Shown: positions 17,901-20,000 of the stretch, one piece after another
Position numbering within the stretch: the first letter of the stretch is position 1
How the letters are laid out: each line of letters begins with the position of its first letter
Source of the DNA: an uncultured virus (IMG/VR IMGVR_UViG_2791355164_000002)
Taxonomy: Duplodnaviria; Heunggongvirae; Uroviricota; Caudoviricetes
Virus record (IMG/VR): IMGVR_UViG_2791355164_000002
Strand: one strand, 5' to 3'
DNA: 20,000 nt
The notes under the pieces: generated by a model
Database searches by the model: none
Seen by the model: only the letters and a program-made list of their open reading frames with translations
Told to the model about the DNA's origin: nothing
Translations under genes and position numbers: made by a program

Positions 17901-18164
17901 CAGGAACTTGAAATGTTACTTCCTGAAGCGGTAAACACCACTCCAGATGATGATGCTTACAAAAGTATTGACCTCATGGAGATGAACGGATTGCTTTTGA
18001 CAACCGCTCATGCTCAACAGAAAATCATTAAGGACATGTCTTCTCAACTTGAAGACGAAAAGCAAAAAATCAAAAGCCTGATTGATGCTTTAGGTTATCT
18101 TGAAGATGGCGATCAAGACTCTTTTAAAAATCAGCTGACTGGCCTTCGTGGTGGCCATATTTAA
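14970..18164 (+). CDS. Side tail fibre 2 (paralogue of fibre 1)
   Basis: Same architecture. Collar at ~16393-16663; SDERLKENI at 17706 followed by GVIAQE. Confidence 0.9.
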   Translation: MPAGSISLTNGSSSVTGDGTSFTTEVENGEYLLCTDGGTNYTLPVTSVPSDTELTLSGDFTGPTASGLSYRVISGAQLVSVPTDLINQTTLAIRELNTDKANWNQLLTVDGDVTIIAPDGTKISGPSWVKVSKGINATDLDKAQQIADQTSAAATAAATSETNAKASEDAAAQSSSDASTSATNAADSAQQAADSASSIGDELDQASASAAAAAKSATAAAASETNASTSETNAKSSEDAAAASQQAAAESQSAAATSETNAATSEGNAADSATSAGTSESNAAQSASDASDSASAAATSETNAASSASDSAESATNARKSADRAEDAASALENNNALAEAIDHINTDTNDVFFKGSIASGGSSAFTELRTVSDGTTPATSEIVLTDSTLVTDDNPDAEVVKIWTLPDDEGQLITLDDAGIASASDSSVAFKGSVSVGVDASRDAELVTLRQLNSAVAGGGGSNGATLNGVMNNFIGAVMWMNGTRASLPAGYLAADGQMLNRSDYPDLWNAVASGLFVSTEEANWTGTTGPRAYYSDGDGSTTFRLPDLNGRQSGSIQGVFLRGDEDGMLPGEIRSSALPNITAQFGSTFDGQVWLSWNSAQGSASPVVTVNNVMHPLSGYSAVTGLSQMNIDASRSSGVYQNGINEVRPPSASGMWIIRVSGTFNAADTNFNVINGDASAPDSGTVTFGGDLRSVYQLNGTDFATLAFRPRVTWGTGVTGEIRLIDASTSTVATKTWTMPGEEGQLVAVDSAGTTVAPIVRATQQFQLNNDNNFFGLSFNGGTVQASFLNISNVDFNGLWVHTSTMSVNGSINNNVAAQGMHFLWNETGGQGEGDIVINRGGGVGGLHVRVVNQDNTIQETAFTFSYDGILDCPNGNQSVGGRIRAFTDVGANQVMLIVDGATKIISLSDSDERLKENIIDADEELAISIIERVHPVCFNFKDYKATKKIQDEAGKFIDSEIIVKGKYHRFGVIAQELEMLLPEAVNTTPDDDAYKSIDLMEMNGLLLTTAHAQQKIIKDMSSQLEDEKQKIKSLIDALGYLEDGDQDSFKNQLTGLRGGHI
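15531..15586 (+). repeat. 56-bp exact direct repeat, copy 2
   Basis: Identical to 12195-12250. Confidence 0.9.
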
Positions 18165-18167
18165 AAT

Positions 18168-18194
18168 AAAAAAAACCCATCGTTTCCGATGGGT
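18168..18194 (-). terminator. Intrinsic terminator oriented on the minus strand
   Basis: The minus strand reads ACCCATCG-GAAA-CGATGGGT-TTTTTTT (GNRA loop plus U tract). The plus strand lacks a U tract. Confidence 0.75.
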
Positions 18195-18268
18195 ATTCTG
18201 GCAAGAAACCAGAGAGAGTAAGTTTAGGATGAAGATCATCCGTGGCAGAGCCAAAGGCACATGGCTCA
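18168..18268 (-). ncRNA. Candidate ~100-nt sRNA
   Basis: A -10-like TATTAT (18279-18274), three short hairpins and then the terminator. No ORF and no good -35. Confidence 0.4.
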
Positions 18269-18461
18269 TCTAAATAATACCTCTGAACAATTTTGAAAAT
18301 GGATCAATCTAAGCGAAATCTTAATTCCTGATGATTTTTTGCTCAATGAATTGTCGCTTAGACCGCATATAAAGATAAAAATTCGCATGAATTGGGAGGG
18401 AAAAGGGAGTGTGATTATTAAAATGCTGTGAAATTTTTGATAAAAAATAAAGGTATTTCAC

Positions 18462-19073
18462 ATGCAGAACTCTCAAATTACTGTTCTTTTGAACGACAAC
18501 AGCCTTAACCGTGAAAATTCAAAGATGTTCATGAATTACGTTGGAAAAGTGAGTTCGATACCTGGTTTCATTTTGCCTGAGCCTTATCGGCTGGTAAGCT
18601 CTGTTATCTGCAATGAGTTTCGGATCATATCCTCTGACCCTGATCCTGAAACACTTTTCCTTATCCGTCTCTTCGACCTTCCTTCCGATCATATTTTAAA
18701 CCTCTCAAATTATTCCTCTCTGAACAAAAAGCTGACTCAATGTCTTGTATGGAGTTCGCTTGTCCCCGGTCAACCTGATGCCTTTCAGTTTCTGGCCACA
18801 AAATTTTTTGATTATTTTTTAAACCAATACAATATCGGGATCACGCCTGGGCCGATGACCCTTGCAAGCGCGCATTTCTGGGAAGGGCGGCTTACCAGTG
18901 CCTTCATGAACCCGAAAATGAATGTGATTAAGAGCGATGGCCAGGAAATCTTCGTGATCCCTAACTGGGATGCTTTTCAGGAGGACTGGAGCGAAATGAT
19001 TCTTAAATCGAGTGAAAACATTCAGGACCAAACCGTGATTGTGATTTCAAAAGAGAACGAGGTTAAAACTTAA
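18462..19073 (+). CDS. Hypothetical protein, 203 aa (possibly a degenerate GNAT-like fold)
   Basis: RBS AAGGT and an AT-rich upstream region. The pattern TQCLVW...FFDYFL..Y...T..SAHFWE recalls a prophage family with TQxxVW...SDxxQTxxGxxFW (from memory, unverified). Confidence 0.7.
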   Translation: MQNSQITVLLNDNSLNRENSKMFMNYVGKVSSIPGFILPEPYRLVSSVICNEFRIISSDPDPETLFLIRLFDLPSDHILNLSNYSSLNKKLTQCLVWSSLVPGQPDAFQFLATKFFDYFLNQYNIGITPGPMTLASAHFWEGRLTSAFMNPKMNVIKSDGQEIFVIPNWDAFQEDWSEMILKSSENIQDQTVIVISKENEVKT

Positions 19074-19116
19074 GGCGTTACTGATTACAGTGAATGAATG
19101 TTTATGAAGCTGCCAT

Positions 19117-19153
19117 AAAAAAACCGGCTTCAGTGGATAAGCTGAAGCCGGTT
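19117..19153 (-). terminator. Intrinsic terminator, U tract on the minus strand (possibly bidirectional)
   Basis: 12-bp stem AACCGGCTTCAG/CTGAAGCCGGTT preceded by an A run on the plus strand. Confidence 0.7.
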
Positions 19154-19276
19154 GAGTCAAGTTAACTCGATAGTAATCCAGGTTGTTAGGTCTGCCAACT
19201 GCTTTGACAGGCCGTCATTATTGCCCATTCTGACCCTCCCGCGTATCAAACTGAGCTTTCCCCACCGCTGGTATTT

Positions 19277-19348
19277 TGTCATCAAAAATGTTTACAGCGC
19301 TCAATCGTCTCGTTAAGATGGACTGAATGCGAAACAAAAATGTTTACA
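19277..19348 (+). promoter_or_regulatory. Sigma70 promoter with two 14-bp direct repeats (putative operators)
   Basis: TTTACA (19291-19296), 17 bp spacer, TAAGAT (19314-19319). CAAAAATGTTTACA occurs at 19283-19296 and 19335-19348. Confidence 0.65.
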
Positions 19349-19358
19349 AGGTAAACCG

Positions 19359-20000
19359 ATGAACAAGACAGAATTTTTCCAGCTTCTTGACGAGAACCAT
19401 TCTGAAATCGTCATGGCGAAAACCGAAGTGAAGACGATCCATCGTGGTTCGGTGGTGGAAGTGTCACTTTCAATTCTGGGTTATGCGCTTTTCACGCTTT
19501 CTCGTCATAAACCCGATAGCCAGAAGCTTTCGCTGAACGAAGTGAAATTTGCGCGCTGGTTTACTGAGTGGAGTGAATCTGTTTGTGATTCACTGGAATC
19601 AGTAGCAGAAGAGGTTAAGCCGGTTGAAGTGACTGTGATGGAACAATCTGTTGACCTGTTCGAGGCGATCGAATTCGTTTCTATGCGGGTCATTCGTCAG
19701 AGGGTGGAAGAAAAAAAGCCGGTTAGCCAACCGGCGAAAGTCACACAGCAAAGTAAAGATAAGGAATATCCTCAAACGTCTGCGAAACATTCTAACGCTA
19801 CGCGGCAGAACATTACGAGGAGGGATTATTACTTACCGAATCGCACAGGGATGCACAATCTGAGCGAAATCATTACTTATGTATTTAAACGGCAACGTAG
19901 GTATCTCACGCACCTGTTCGGGAGTCATCGAACTGAACCAACTTTGACCTCAGTAAAGGTTCGAACAGGTCTCGCACCGCCGATGGGAGCAGTTGGGTAA
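19359..20000 (+). CDS. Hypothetical protein, 213 aa
   Basis: RBS AAGGT, an upstream promoter, and a complete ORF ending in TAA at 19998-20000. No family recognised. Confidence 0.65.
   Translation: MNKTEFFQLLDENHSEIVMAKTEVKTIHRGSVVEVSLSILGYALFTLSRHKPDSQKLSLNEVKFARWFTEWSESVCDSLESVAEEVKPVEVTVMEQSVDLFEAIEFVSMRVIRQRVEEKKPVSQPAKVTQQSKDKEYPQTSAKHSNATRQNITRRDYYLPNRTGMHNLSEIITYVFKRQRRYLTHLFGSHRTEPTLTSVKVRTGLAPPMGAVG

Larger units (their letters stand above)
1..20000 (+). mobile_element. Lambdoid prophage or phage-plasmid, tail-tip/tail-fibre module with accessory cassettes (boundaries outside or not resolvable in the window)
   Basis: Gene order K-I-I-J-fibre-fibre on the + strand, as in lambda/N15-type tails. 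No integrase, att site or host housekeeping gene seen. Confidence 0.9.

Noticed and set aside
11634..18164. Possible DGR or invertible fibre switch
   Set aside because: The repeats are direct, the differences are synonymous rather than adenine-specific, and no reverse transcriptase, invertase or inverted crossover sites were seen in the window.

Overview
Tail-tip region of a lambda-like (siphovirus) prophage or phage-plasmid, probably from an enterobacterium. The structural backbone on the + strand is gpK (JAB + NlpC/P60), two tandem gpI tail assembly genes, gpJ, and two tandem long side-tail-fibre genes, each with a tail-collar domain and a C-terminal S74 chaperone. Accessory cassettes interrupt the backbone, several of them closed by near-identical intrinsic terminators. 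They are a GDSL esterase autotransporter with a Tyr-rich orphan, a lipoprotein, a phd-doc pair with a P1-type operator, an orphan TGT/DpdA-like transglycosylase back-to-back with a basic orphan, and a hok/sok locus. After the fibres come two orphan ORFs and two minus-strand terminators that have no ORF to terminate, so they are candidate sRNAs. The best leads are the solitary DpdA-like gene with its palindromic double-RBS and mini-ORF junction, the duplicated gpI whose copies diverge mainly in the hydrophobic hairpin, and the fibre pair. All family calls come from motif recognition by eye; no searches were run.
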